A DNA stretch of 64,000 bases, from positions 62,001 to 126,000 of IMG/VR virus record IMGVR_UViG_3300017971_000213; one strand, 5' to 3'. Source of the DNA: an uncultured virus (IMG/VR IMGVR_UViG_3300017971_000213) (taxonomy: Duplodnaviria; Heunggongvirae; Uroviricota; Caudoviricetes). Both the position numbers and the translations under genes were made by a program. Position 1 is the first letter of the stretch. Each line of letters begins with the position of its first letter. The notes under the pieces are model-generated. The model was not told the DNA's origin and searched no databases. It worked only from the letters and a program-made list of their open reading frames with translations. Below, piece after piece: positions 28,439 to 43,742 of the stretch.

Positions 28439-29299
28439 TTACCCCTGGTACTCAGGATCGACGTAGTACGTTGCGTCGGGGAAGCGCGATTCGCAGTACT
28501 CCAGGTCTTCTTCTTGACCCGTGTCTTTGTTTTTCGCGTCGTACGGCTGGTGATCCAGGATTCTCAGCGTCAACTTGTTCATGTAAGGCAAATACTCGGA
28601 GGCGGGCGTGTCCGCGAGGTGGAGGTAGATGATCTCACCGAACTCGTAGGTATGGACCTCGATGGGGTTGTTGTAACGAGCGGGAGAGATCTCCTTGAAC
28701 TCGGTGAACTTGGCGAGGAAGTCGTCCAGGCTGTAGTAGATGGTGCGCCGAATGAGCGACCCGTCTTTCTTGTAGTACGAAACAACCAGCGGGCTGTGGA
28801 GATCGGCGTTGTTGGAGATCATCAGCTCGATGGTTTCGAGTTTGATCAGCTGCCCTACCACCCCCTGAAGCGTCAGCATCTCTATAGGGATCAAGTCCCA
28901 CTCGCTGTCATAGTCGTTGAAGTCAATCGTTCCGCCGCTAGTCCAGGCCGAGAAATCGTCACCGTCAGTGTCTACTTCCGTGATCGACTTGTCAGCGTTG
29001 ATCTTCCAATACGAAAGATCGATGGTGTCAGCGTCCACGACGGTCACGATGAACGTCCTGCCGTTCAGCTCTTCACCAAGATCACCATCGACGCCAGAGA
29101 AACGGGCATTCGTACCCGTCGACACTCCATGAGCGGTCACAGTGATACGAAGAGGCTGACCAGAGGTGCGCGTAACACCAGAAACCAGACCCTGGCTCTC
29201 AGTCCATCCACCCTCTGGCTTCTTCTGCCACTTCTCAGGGTGACGCCAATCGTGCATCGGCAGAGAATCAGTGTACAGCTTATCTCCCAGCAACGTCAT
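28439..29299 (-). CDS. Virion structural protein (FCCH-like beta module)
   Basis: ITVTAHG...FSGV...LNGRTFIVTVVDADT motif. Confidence 0.55.
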   Translation of the reverse strand: MTLLGDKLYTDSLPMHDWRHPEKWQKKPEGGWTESQGLVSGVTRTSGQPLRITVTAHGVSTGTNARFSGVDGDLGEELNGRTFIVTVVDADTIDLSYWKINADKSITEVDTDGDDFSAWTSGGTIDFNDYDSEWDLIPIEMLTLQGVVGQLIKLETIELMISNNADLHSPLVVSYYKKDGSLIRRTIYYSLDDFLAKFTEFKEISPARYNNPIEVHTYEFGEIIYLHLADTPASEYLPYMNKLTLRILDHQPYDAKNKDTGQEEDLEYCESRFPDATYYVDPEYQG

Positions 29300-29775
29300 C
29301 CTTTTGCCTCCCAGTCGAACGTAACCGGCGTGCGGGATACATTCTTCGTGTTGCGCACACGCACCTCATAATCAAAGAACGCCGTATCCCTCTGAGCAAC
29401 CTCAACGGTCTGGCTGCGATTCGAGAGGACCACAGCAGGAACGTTCACAAACTCAGACTTGAAGTGTATGCGCTCCCTTTTCGTGATCCACTTCTGACTC
29501 GCGGAACCGTTGAAAAGGATGTCGAGGTACACACAACCAGTTTCTCTGTGCCAGCTTCCGTTGTGATCGATAGCATCCTGGACAATAGCGTCGAGAACGT
29601 CCTCCTGCTCCGCAGACAAGGCTTCCTCGAACCAAATCTTCAACCAATCTTCATCGGGGTTGTAGCTGAAGTAAGGAGCGGCCAGCTGTACTGAGATCTG
29701 CGCCTCGACTTCTACTTCGAGTTCCCCCAAAGAAGGGGCCTGCGTACAGTTGTCGTAATGGTAGAGTTCTGACAT
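29296..29775 (-). CDS. Hypothetical structural protein
   Basis: ORF in fibre operon, ends FDWEAKG. Confidence 0.55.
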   Translation of the reverse strand: MSELYHYDNCTQAPSLGELEVEVEAQISVQLAAPYFSYNPDEDWLKIWFEEALSAEQEDVLDAIVQDAIDHNGSWHRETGCVYLDILFNGSASQKWITKRERIHFKSEFVNVPAVVLSNRSQTVEVAQRDTAFFDYEVRVRNTKNVSRTPVTFDWEAKG

Positions 29776-29776
29776 C

Positions 29777-35214
<5,438 letters not shown>

Positions 35215-35979
35215 CTATCGCCTCTTGTAGAAGACCAGCATGCTCGGTCTATTGATGTTCGTGCCGTTGCAGTACATCTGAATCGTTTCTCCCGCAGAAA
35301 CACTGATATTCAAGAAGAGCCCAGTGTACCCGCTCGAAGCCCCCACGACATTCAGGGAAGTGATGGGAGAAGCGCCTCCATTCTTGCGCACCTCTGCTGT
35401 CCAGGAAAAAGTGCCGTTGGTGGTGGCACTGATAGCCATGATAGTAGCATTGAAGGGGAGGAGGAAGCCCCCTATGTTCGTCGGTACGCCCCCCGCACCA
35501 CGCAGATAGCTGTTGGTGATGCTGCTATTACGACCTGCGGACATGAACGGTAGGTCCTGCAACAGAGAAGGAGGCTGGAAACCGAAGCTCGTCGGGGTGA
35601 GCGCGGTCAGGACGTCGCCCGGCGTCAGTCCTGTTGCGACATGCGCAGCTCCGACAAGAGCATGAGCCGGAACACCGCCAACTACGTCGGTCAGGTCTCT
35701 TCGACGAAGCTCTCGGATGTCGGAAGCGGTCAGGACGGTGATGGCTCCCAAGGAGTCAATCCACGCAGATGCTTTTCCGCGATCTACGTAAGTCGCCAAG
35801 GTGTCCAGGAACAGCTGATCGAACTGAACCGTCCGAAGCTCTACCGACTTGGTCTCCCTGGGACGGAGGACGATACTGGGGCCAGAGGCTCGGATAGAGC
35901 CATCCGAGTTGCCAGCGAGGGAGAGGTTCTCCCCTCTCTGAATTCGGCTCTGGATTACGAGATAGGTGGTCTCGGACAT
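35215..35979 (-). CDS. Virion protein paralogous to the non-collagen parts of the 918-aa fibre
   Basis: Shares the HALVGAxH..GLTPG.VL.ALTPTS.GF motif and the C-terminal NATI..S domain. Confidence 0.65.
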   Translation of the reverse strand: MSETTYLVIQSRIQRGENLSLAGNSDGSIRASGPSIVLRPRETKSVELRTVQFDQLFLDTLATYVDRGKASAWIDSLGAITVLTASDIRELRRRDLTDVVGGVPAHALVGAAHVATGLTPGDVLTALTPTSFGFQPPSLLQDLPFMSAGRNSSITNSYLRGAGGVPTNIGGFLLPFNATIMAISATTNGTFSWTAEVRKNGGASPITSLNVVGASSGYTGLFLNISVSAGETIQMYCNGTNINRPSMLVFYKRR

Positions 35980-35988
35980 CGACGTCCC

Positions 35989-36609
35989 CTAGAAATCCTG
36001 GGATGCCAAGATCTCGGAAACAGCCTCTTCCGGCGTATAGTTGTCCTCCCGCATCCGCGTCAGTTCGGCGCCGAACTGGCCAACCTGCAACCCTTGCTGG
36101 TTCAAGGCAACACCGACCTCGTCGATCCACTCGTCGTACCCTTGTTCGAGGCCCGCCAAGTTCACTACGGTGCGCCCCATGTCGGTCAAGAGACCCGCAG
36201 GGCTTGCTTCGTGATGCAGAGCCCTGGCTGTAATCTTCCAATCCGCGTCCCAAGGCTCCTCGGGTAGCGTGCTCAGCATCGGATCGTCGCGACGGTTCTC
36301 TTCAGGAAGAGCTTCTTCGTGAAGTGCATCCGAGACGGCTCGTTCAGCAGACTCTTCGAGAACGTTCGCCCCTTCGGCATCCATGACGGCCTTGGCGATC
36401 TCGACATCCGAGATCGCCTCGGACCCTTCCTCCAACCCAACGCCTTCCTGCTCTTCATACGGCCTCCACGCGCGCCTGGGAGGTACCAGAGCAGACAAAG
36501 ACTTTCTCTGCGGACGCGAGGACACCCTGGGCGAAAGAGGGTCAGACGGGGCTCCTGCGAGCCTCTGAAGGTGCTGGAGGGCGCCGTTGGTCAATCCCGA
36601 TTTACGCAT
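35989..36609 (-). CDS. Acidic hypothetical protein (possible internal head protein)
   Basis: GAGGAGG RBS and late-type promoter. Confidence 0.6.
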   Translation of the reverse strand: MRKSGLTNGALQHLQRLAGAPSDPLSPRVSSRPQRKSLSALVPPRRAWRPYEEQEGVGLEEGSEAISDVEIAKAVMDAEGANVLEESAERAVSDALHEEALPEENRRDDPMLSTLPEEPWDADWKITARALHHEASPAGLLTDMGRTVVNLAGLEQGYDEWIDEVGVALNQQGLQVGQFGAELTRMREDNYTPEEAVSEILASQDF

Positions 36610-36672
36610 AGGTATCCTCCTCGATAGGGGATACTATATCATCGGCGTGTTCGGGTTCTTAAAGAAGACGGT

Positions 36673-37185
36673 CTAGTAGCCGGCCTCGTAGAGAATATCG
36701 CCCCACGTGTCATCAAGACCACGTACTGACCGGAAAGTCTGGATGTCCACGTGATCCATCTGGCGACCAGCCCGGATGAACAAGATCGCCATGTCCTCCG
36801 GATAGAGTTCGGCCAAGGTCCCGTCGGGAAGCTCTACCGAGGACTCGGGGTTTCCTGACTTGTACAAAGCCTGGGCTACCCGGTACTGGTAGTCATCCAC
36901 GATGTTGTCGAAGTTGGCCTGCACGCGGCCCATGCCGCCACCGCCAGAAGACGGAGTACCGAATGGAGCACCACCTTGCTGAACGTCAGCAGGGACGTAC
37001 TCGCTGGTTCCGTACTCCAAACCGGCAGCCTGCGCTCGCTGGGCAGCCACGGAGAATGCCATCGGGGAGGTGCTGTTGCGGATACGCTCCAGCGCACTCT
37101 CAGAGTGGGTGACTGCGAACTCGGCCGGTTTTTGGTCAGGCGGCTCCCAGGTCCCAGGATTTCTCTTTGACATGTCGACCTCCAA
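36673..37185 (-). CDS. Hypothetical protein
   Basis: ORF with late-type promoter; likely start MSKRN. Confidence 0.6.
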   Translation of the reverse strand: MEVDMSKRNPGTWEPPDQKPAEFAVTHSESALERIRNSTSPMAFSVAAQRAQAAGLEYGTSEYVPADVQQGGAPFGTPSSGGGGMGRVQANFDNIVDDYQYRVAQALYKSGNPESSVELPDGTLAELYPEDMAILFIRAGRQMDHVDIQTFRSVRGLDDTWGDILYEAGY

Positions 37186-37238
37186 AGCACCTTACTGTAG
37201 CACAGAGCTATTCGGTCCTCTTAAAGATGGCGGCTCTT

Positions 37239-37670
37239 TCAGACACTCAGCGCTTTCAGACACTCGGCACACAAGACATTCTTGTTGTCCGGGTGATGTT
37301 CGACATGCCCGCACCGAGGACAGATCCGTACAGGACCCGCCAACTCCCGAAGAGAGTCCTTCACCTTGACCAGTACGTCGCGCTCCCTCTCTATCGTATC
37401 ACGGAGGTGCCCCGCAACAGTTGCGGCATCCTTCCGGAGCTTGGATGCTTGGGCGCCAGTGATGTACAGGTACTGATACGTCAGCATCCGGTCTTTCATC
37501 GCTGACAGATCTTTCATGAGTTGATCCCGTTCACCCCGCTCCTTGTACCGCTGGGCGTTGACCGTTTGAAGCTCTCCGCGAGCTTCGTTGTACAGGCGTT
37601 CGAACTCCTGCGCTCGTTCGAAAAGCTGTGCTTTGGTCATTCGGGAAAGACGGGGGGCAGTATTGCTCAT
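37239..37670 (-). CDS. Coiled-coil protein with C-terminal Zn ribbon
   Basis: CPRC...CAEC; GGAGG RBS. Confidence 0.65.
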   Translation of the reverse strand: MSNTAPRLSRMTKAQLFERAQEFERLYNEARGELQTVNAQRYKERGERDQLMKDLSAMKDRMLTYQYLYITGAQASKLRKDAATVAGHLRDTIERERDVLVKVKDSLRELAGPVRICPRCGHVEHHPDNKNVLCAECLKALSV

Positions 37671-37725
37671 CGATCACCTCCTGTAGGCTAGTACTATACC
37701 ACAGGATGGTGGACTTCGCAACTAT

Positions 37726-38157
37726 TTAGTAGGAACCGACCTGATAGGGGTATGGATTTCGACGAAGATAATCGTCCCACCATTGAGAACCTTCGGAAAC
37801 GTAAGACTGCGGCTCCGCCCTCTTCTTCTCCTGAGCCTCTTCCAAGGTATTCATACGTTCCGAGATCTCATTGATAGTAGTGGCGAGGCTGTTGCTCCAT
37901 TCGATGGCTTGTCCGCTCCACGCCGCCAAGGCCTCGACCTGAGCTTGAAGCTCCCAGATCTGGATCTCCAGGTCCTCTATCTGTTCTTCAGAGAGGGTCT
38001 GCTCTGCCCGGAGCTGTTCCAGGAGTGCATGCAGCTCCTCTACGTTGGCAGCCGCCCCCTCCAGCTCGGCATCCAGATCGTAGACCTCTTCCTCGGGGAC
38101 CTCGGCGCCTACCACCTGGGCGATACGGACCAGTGATGCGTTGAGTAGACCTGACAT
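37726..38157 (-). CDS. Acidic coiled-coil protein
   Basis: 143-aa ORF with late-type promoter. Confidence 0.6.
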   Translation of the reverse strand: MSGLLNASLVRIAQVVGAEVPEEEVYDLDAELEGAAANVEELHALLEQLRAEQTLSEEQIEDLEIQIWELQAQVEALAAWSGQAIEWSNSLATTINEISERMNTLEEAQEKKRAEPQSYVSEGSQWWDDYLRRNPYPYQVGSY

Positions 38158-38189
38158 GAGCCTACCCTACCACAAGAGGGGTCGGAAAC

Positions 38190-38909
38190 CTAAAGAGACT
38201 CTGATCCCTGCGAAAGGCCGCTCTTCAGTTCCTCGTAGTCGAATTTGGAGCCCAGGCACTCTTTGATCGTGACAACATCGCCACCGAAACCAACCACATT
38301 CCCGCAGAGCAGGTGAAGATGGGAACGTACGTACTGCTCCCCCTCGGCAAAGCGGATGCCCTTCCCAGTAGGTCGGTACTTGCCAGCCTTGGCTCCGGAC
38401 TCGTTCTCGTGAGCTTCGCGCTCGATCAGACCCCAGTGCACGAGGTACGATCCGTCGGTGCTGGCCTTGGTGGTCGACGGCACGAGTTCTCGGGTGGAGT
38501 ACCAACGAGGTTCCTCCTTGAAGGCTCGAACAAGCTTGAGCAAGAAGAGAGCCATCTCGGTGTGGAGCTTGCGCCGGTACAGCTTGACGAGACGACCGCA
38601 ACAAGGGCAGGATGCCCCTTTGTCGGTCATCGACATCATCTTCGTCCGAGCCTCTTCCAGTGTGACCTCTGGGCTCTCCGTATCCGGAGGCAGTTCTACC
38701 CGAGGACCCCAAGAGTAGATATCCGAAGGGAAGTGAGTGTACATGAAGCCCAGGATTCCCACGCTCTTCGCTACGCCTCCTTGGAAGAACACCAGCGCAG
38801 GGGCAGCCTCAGCACCCTCCGACAGCTTCACCCAAATACGCTGCGTTCGGGCTACCGCCGTACCGATTTCCCCCGAGATTGTTGGTGGTTTCTCGAACCA
38901 TTGTGACAT
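38190..38909 (-). CDS. Hypothetical protein (CPCCG plus winged-helix-like region)
   Basis: 239-aa ORF, GGAGG RBS. Confidence 0.6.
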   Translation of the reverse strand: MSQWFEKPPTISGEIGTAVARTQRIWVKLSEGAEAAPALVFFQGGVAKSVGILGFMYTHFPSDIYSWGPRVELPPDTESPEVTLEEARTKMMSMTDKGASCPCCGRLVKLYRRKLHTEMALFLLKLVRAFKEEPRWYSTRELVPSTTKASTDGSYLVHWGLIEREAHENESGAKAGKYRPTGKGIRFAEGEQYVRSHLHLLCGNVVGFGGDVVTIKECLGSKFDYEELKSGLSQGSESL

Positions 38910-38970
38910 TTTGCCCTCCTGTGCGTATGCTCAGGGGAACCATACCACAATATATAGGTGAGGTCAAGTA

Positions 38971-39441
38971 TTAGCGGACGAAGGGAGACCGACGAGACGC
39001 GACGAACTGCTGATCCCAGAGGTTTTGTGCCCTCTCGTCTTCAGAGGCGAAGCTCATGGCTCCGGTGTCGGACTCCGCGCTGGCCTCGCTGAGGACGTCC
39101 CAGACTTCCTCGCTGGTCGCTCCGGCTTGGAGCTGGTCGAGGAGGCTCGCTGCGATCACAGTATCCACGAGCATCTCTACCCCGCTCTCGTCACGGACAT
39201 ACGCCAGGCTCTTCGAAGGGTCCTGGCTCGGAACGGGTTCCACAACAAAACTGCCGATCCCCTCAAACCCAGAAGGGTCGAGCCCCAACGCCTCTTGCTC
39301 ACCAGGAGCGCCCCCGATGTTCTGCGGGTTGAAGTAGTCGAGCTTCTGCTGGAGCACATTGGCCAGGGCCGTGTGGCGTTGCTTGTAGTACGATTCCAGG
39401 CGCCCCAGGGCTCCGGTCTCCGCGATGCGTCTCATCTTCAT
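38971..39441 (-). CDS. Acidic hypothetical protein
   Basis: GGAGG RBS, late-type promoter. Confidence 0.6.
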   Translation of the reverse strand: MKMRRIAETGALGRLESYYKQRHTALANVLQQKLDYFNPQNIGGAPGEQEALGLDPSGFEGIGSFVVEPVPSQDPSKSLAYVRDESGVEMLVDTVIAASLLDQLQAGATSEEVWDVLSEASAESDTGAMSFASEDERAQNLWDQQFVASRRSPFVR

Positions 39442-39494
39442 GGCTAACCTCCTGAGAGCTTGTACTGTAGCACGAAGATCGTCGGAATTATAAA

Positions 39495-40151
39495 CTACAG
39501 AGCGTCGTCAAGGTCTTCCGGAAGTTGCTGCTGGGCCTGAGGGGCGAATAGCTCTTCCGGAGATTTCAGTTCGGGAAGCTCCTCTTCGGGATCAGGTTCC
39601 TTGGAAGACGCTTGAGGGGGTTCTATAGCGGCCAAAACGTCATCGAGGTCCAGGCCCTCCGCAGAGCCTTCCTCTTCTGCCAGCGCCTCTTCGTCCACCC
39701 CGGCCAAAGGATCGTCTGCGGATACTGCGATGCCGTACAGAGCACCGGCACCCATTCCGTAGCCGGAACCGCTCCCTCCGCCCCCGCCAACTCCCCGAGC
39801 AGCCCGGACGGGCTTGAAGGGGTTTTCCTCCACGACCGGTTCCGGGAGAGAAGCATTCGACCCCAACGCAATCATATCCAACGCAGCTCGCATCGCCTGC
39901 ATGCTGTGTTGCACCCCTTGCAGCTGGTGGTAGAGATAGCTCGTCTTCTGAGCCTCGAACTCCACCTTCTGCTTGAGCAGTTCGTACGTCTTGTCGGTCT
40001 TACGCTCCACACGCTCTTCGTCGGAGTCGTCGAGCGCATGGAAGAGGCTGGTGCCGCTCATCGACAAGGCAGTCAAGATGCCTCCGATGACCAGACCGAC
40101 CTTGGTGTACGGGTTCTGGGGGACCTTTGATTTACGAGCAGCTTCCGGCAT
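39495..40151 (-). CDS. Membrane-anchored protein with Gly-rich linker
   Basis: N-terminal TM helix, coiled coil, GGGGGSGSGYG segment. Confidence 0.6.
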   Translation of the reverse strand: MPEAARKSKVPQNPYTKVGLVIGGILTALSMSGTSLFHALDDSDEERVERKTDKTYELLKQKVEFEAQKTSYLYHQLQGVQHSMQAMRAALDMIALGSNASLPEPVVEENPFKPVRAARGVGGGGGSGSGYGMGAGALYGIAVSADDPLAGVDEEALAEEEGSAEGLDLDDVLAAIEPPQASSKEPDPEEELPELKSPEELFAPQAQQQLPEDLDDAL

Positions 40152-40198
40152 GGAGTCCTCCTCTCAGGATTATTCTACCATGCCTTTTTGTGTACAGG

Positions 40199-40807
40199 CT
40201 AAAGTCGATGCGAATTGTCCCACGGACCTTTCTGGGAAAGAATGAACCTTTCTCCGCTGCGCCATCGACGCTCCTCCACGTCGAGAACATGTTCGAAGTG
40301 CTCGATCACAGTGGGGTTGTGTACCGCGCATAGAACTTGCGCCGAGATCTCTGCCAGCGAATAGAGCGCACCGATGAGCCGGTAGCAACTTCGGATACTC
40401 AACCCGATGTCAGGTTCGTCGAGAAGAACCACAGGAGAAGGCGACTGCCCGTCTCGGTTGAGGTCCCTCACGCTCTTCAGAACTCCCTCCAGGAGGAAGT
40501 TCATGGCCTGCCCGTGAGACATGAGCCGGGTAGAGAGGGCGACACGAGGAGCCGTAGAGAAGGCGTCCACGAACAGCGTCCGGGGGTTGTGGCGTTCGGC
40601 ATCGTAGGCCAGTACCGGGCTAGGGTTCCGCATCTTCAGAAGCACCTCGGACCTCTTACCTTGCGAGGTCAACAAGATGGACTCCAGGAGGGTCGTCTTA
40701 CCAGCGCCCTGATCCCCCACGAGGATGTTGATGCCGCTGCTGAGATCGAAATACGTACCCTTCTCGAAGCATCGAAACTCCTCGTCGAACACGACACGCT
40801 CGATCAT
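40199..40807 (-). CDS. ABC/AAA-type ATPase
   Basis: Walker A GDQGAGKT, signature SHGQ, Walker B VLLDEPD, H-loop. Confidence 0.8.
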   Translation of the reverse strand: MIERVVFDEEFRCFEKGTYFDLSSGINILVGDQGAGKTTLLESILLTSQGKRSEVLLKMRNPSPVLAYDAERHNPRTLFVDAFSTAPRVALSTRLMSHGQAMNFLLEGVLKSVRDLNRDGQSPSPVVLLDEPDIGLSIRSCYRLIGALYSLAEISAQVLCAVHNPTVIEHFEHVLDVEERRWRSGERFILSQKGPWDNSHRL

Positions 40808-40808
40808 C

Positions 40809-41216
40809 TCAGTACTCCAGCTCCATGATGTCCTCGATGTCGTTGATGACCTGGGCCGCACCTTCCAGCGGGGTTTCACACCGTTGGATGTCGGAAGCCA
40901 CGCTCTCCGGAAACTCCTCGATGTACTCCATGATGCGCCGTAGGATCGTGTTGTCCAACCGGGAACGAAAAATTCCGTACTCGCGCTGGGCGGCCACTGT
41001 CATGAAGATCCCGCGTGCGCGTACCTTCCCGTCACGGCCACGGAGCCAACCTTTCCTACGGAGAGACTCCAGGTGGCAGCTGACTCCGTTGGTCGAGGTA
41101 ATGCCCATCTCGGCACCGATCTCACGCAGAGAAGGGAAGACGCCGCCGTTCGCTTCGTAAAAGGACACCATGAAGTCCATGACGTCCTGCTGCCGGGGGC
41201 TCAACTTTTCGAGCAT
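40809..41216 (-). CDS. LexA-type DNA-binding domain protein without peptidase domain
   Basis: LSPRQQDV...PSLREIG...STNGVSCHLESLRRKG. Confidence 0.8.
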   Translation of the reverse strand: MLEKLSPRQQDVMDFMVSFYEANGGVFPSLREIGAEMGITSTNGVSCHLESLRRKGWLRGRDGKVRARGIFMTVAAQREYGIFRSRLDNTILRRIMEYIEEFPESVASDIQRCETPLEGAAQVINDIEDIMELEY

Positions 41217-41668
41217 CCCCCCTCGCGCTCTTCCTGTTTCTTCAGGAGCGCCTTCACCTTCTTCGCATGACGCCTCGAACCCTCTGCGCTCTTCTCCTGA
41301 TGCTTTTCTCTGCATACCACCTTCTCCATCAGTCGGTCGTACTCAAATCTGCCCGGAAGCGTCCACGGGGTCAGCTCGCCTCTGAGGTAGATCGGCCATC
41401 CTATCTTGCTGATCAAGGGCTTCCGGAAGTCCTTGGCGATCAACGCGGGACGCCGTGTACCCGATTTGGCCTCCGGGAGCGTGTATAGGAGGACTCGCGC
41501 GCTGGTTCTCTTGACGACCCTTCGTACACCTACAGCGAGGAGGTCCGCATCGAACGGGTTGTCCTTGTCTTCCCTCTTCCACCAGATTCCGCGTAACTTA
41601 CGAGCGTAAATATTCATCTCCGCCCGTCGCAGCTCCGCTTTGGTCATGGCACCCATGCCGTGCTTCAT
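41201..41668 (-). CDS. Basic hypothetical protein
   Basis: 155-aa ORF in coupled string. Confidence 0.55.
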   Translation of the reverse strand: MKHGMGAMTKAELRRAEMNIYARKLRGIWWKREDKDNPFDADLLAVGVRRVVKRTSARVLLYTLPEAKSGTRRPALIAKDFRKPLISKIGWPIYLRGELTPWTLPGRFEYDRLMEKVVCREKHQEKSAEGSRRHAKKVKALLKKQEEREGGCSKS

Positions 41669-42393
41669 ACAGTACCTCTCCGAGAACAGAAATTCGAGAA
41701 CGCCGTAGACGCCTCTGAGGGCTCAACCTCTGCCAGCGTAGACACGCGCCCCCAGCAATCCTCCAGCACCGACAGCTCTGAAGGGGCCGCATCGATCCTG
41801 TCGGGCGTGTTCAACGACGCATTGGCGTGCCAGTGCTCGTACATCTCCACCACCCTCTGCTGGAAAGGATCGGACTCGTACATCTCTGCCTGCTCCCCAC
41901 GTCCACTTCTGCGAGCAGCCAGTACGTTCACGTCATCAACTGCCAAGTAGAGCCAGAGATGAGGCTCCAGTACTCTCGGATGGTCTACTCCGCGCTTTAC
42001 ATTCACACGCCACATTTCGTCGAGAAGTTGAGAAAACCTTTTCTCAGCGCCCTCCCGAGTCTCTGCGCTGGCACTCTGGTAGACAAGGGTGCTGGCGTAG
42101 TACCGATCACAGATCACGTGCTTTCCGGACTCCAGGGCAGGTTCGATCTCTTCACGAACGTGATGCAGCCGATCCGCCATGAAGAGGTAGCTCATCTCTC
42201 TCCACGGCCACGGCTCATCGCTGTTCTTGAGCACTCCACGGATGAACGTCCCTATCGGTCCTGCCGAGGGCTCCCAGGTCCTGACCACAGACTCCCCGCC
42301 CAGACACGTCGTCAATAGAGTGTACAGATTGATCGCCTGTGTCGTCGTCCCTGCTCCGTCGGCCCCTTCGAGTACGATGAACTTCCCCCGCAT
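41665..42393 (-). CDS. tmk: Thymidylate kinase
   Basis: FIVLEGADGAGTTTQ, TWEP, LFMADR, VICDRY..S..VYQ. Confidence 0.9.
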   Translation of the reverse strand: MRGKFIVLEGADGAGTTTQAINLYTLLTTCLGGESVVRTWEPSAGPIGTFIRGVLKNSDEPWPWREMSYLFMADRLHHVREEIEPALESGKHVICDRYYASTLVYQSASAETREGAEKRFSQLLDEMWRVNVKRGVDHPRVLEPHLWLYLAVDDVNVLAARRSGRGEQAEMYESDPFQQRVVEMYEHWHANASLNTPDRIDAAPSELSVLEDCWGRVSTLAEVEPSEASTAFSNFCSRRGTV

Positions 42394-42403
42394 GATGCCC
42401 CTC

Positions 42404-42790
42404 CTACTTGGTCAAGTCAGTCTGCGCGGTTCGCAGAATCCTCCTGAAGTTGCTCTTCTCCAGTTTCGCAAACTTTGCGGCTTCGTTGACGCTCCCGAAC
42501 CGGGCGATCAACGAAGAGCAGTACACGAGCTGGAACTGCCGAACGTTCCTCATCCGGGCCTTCTTATAGGGAAGCCCCAGAGGCACGTCTATGGGTACAG
42601 AAGAGAACACCTGGTCCACACCCTCGTCAACCGCGCGAACGGCCTCCTGGAGAGCCTGGCGGGCCTTCTCGATGGCTAGAGCCTCCCCCTTCGTGCAGCC
42701 GTCCTCCTCTGTAACGTTGGCCTCCGTCCACAAGGCCTGCGTCTGCTCTTCCAGTTCCTTCAAGTGCTCCAGTATCTCTGCCCTAGTCAC
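42404..42790 (-). CDS. Fis-type (sigma54 enhancer-binding-protein-like) HTH protein
   Basis: LPYKKA...F..Y...L....GSVNEAAKFAKLEKSNFRRIL. Confidence 0.65.
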   Translation of the reverse strand: MTRAEILEHLKELEEQTQALWTEANVTEEDGCTKGEALAIEKARQALQEAVRAVDEGVDQVFSSVPIDVPLGLPYKKARMRNVRQFQLVYCSSLIARFGSVNEAAKFAKLEKSNFRRILRTAQTDLTK

Positions 42791-43148
42791 TGTCTTCCTC
42801 CTCGCCAATGTTTTCCAACTTCGCAGCGTCGTTCCACCCAACGCCGAATCTCTGATATTTTGGGGGATCAACAGCGTTCCCCTCAGAATCGTACCAAACA
42901 CCGTCAGACTCGATGCACACCCCAGACACCGCAAACACCGTCCTTTCCAGCTCAACCGCGTCAGATGACACAACCCAAGACGTCTGCCCCCAAGAAGTCG
43001 AAGCAGCCCCTGACGTTCCCCTCAGAGGCCACATCAGTTCCTCGTCCCAGAGAGCCTTACACGAGAGAGAACACGCGTGACGATTGTCGTTGGTCAGATG
43101 GAGACTGCCAGCATCAAACACTCGCCTGCACTGCACGCACTGATACAT
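42783..43148 (-). CDS. Zn-finger hypothetical protein
   Basis: CVQC...CSLSC. Confidence 0.55.
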   Translation of the reverse strand: MYQCVQCRRVFDAGSLHLTNDNRHACSLSCKALWDEELMWPLRGTSGAASTSWGQTSWVVSSDAVELERTVFAVSGVCIESDGVWYDSEGNAVDPPKYQRFGVGWNDAAKLENIGEEEDSD

Positions 43149-43157
43149 CAGCTCTCC

Positions 43158-43742
43158 TTACTCACCGCGTGCCAAGGTAGGGGTGAGGTGATCCCGACAA
43201 GGCTTGAATAAAAAGGTCCTCCCGCACTTCTCGCAAAGAGCTTTTCCCGTGGAGACAGCGGTTAGCGGGAAGTGATTGCACGTCTGGCAAGTCAAACCGA
43301 GCGCCTGCAAAGTCTGCCCAAGGTCGAGATCGTCAAAAGAAACCGCCTGCACTACAACCGTGAAAGACCCATGCAGCTCCGCTGCGTTCCTGTTGACCTG
43401 GAAATCGGTGTGTAGCGACTTGACGGAACCTTGCACTTTCCCAACGCCCGGTACCGAGATAATGACCCCCGTGTAGCCCTTACCCCAGAGTTCACGAATG
43501 AAGTCCCCCATAGGACCGTCGTAGGAACGGTCCACTACGCCGGAATTCATGACCACTACTACTTCGGGACCTCCGTCTGGAGGGTCGGGCTTCTTCGAGA
43601 GCTTTGACCGAACTTCTGCGATCCACTCACGCGTGATCTCCGGTTCGCTGCTTCCAGAATGAATCTTGTAGTGTTCATCGCTAGAGTACAGGGCTCCCTC
43701 TTTCGGGTACTCGTCTTGTTTGAACCTGACCTCGATTGTCAC
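43158..43742 (-). CDS. Hypothetical protein with C-terminal Zn ribbon
   Basis: CQTC...CEKC. Confidence 0.55.
   Translation of the reverse strand: MTIEVRFKQDEYPKEGALYSSDEHYKIHSGSSEPEITREWIAEVRSKLSKKPDPPDGGPEVVVVMNSGVVDRSYDGPMGDFIRELWGKGYTGVIISVPGVGKVQGSVKSLHTDFQVNRNAAELHGSFTVVVQAVSFDDLDLGQTLQALGLTCQTCNHFPLTAVSTGKALCEKCGRTFLFKPCRDHLTPTLARGE

Noticed and set aside
39253..39264. 12-nt match (GCCGATCCCCTC) to the short trailer spacer
   Set aside because: Too short to distinguish from chance; flanking bases do not match.
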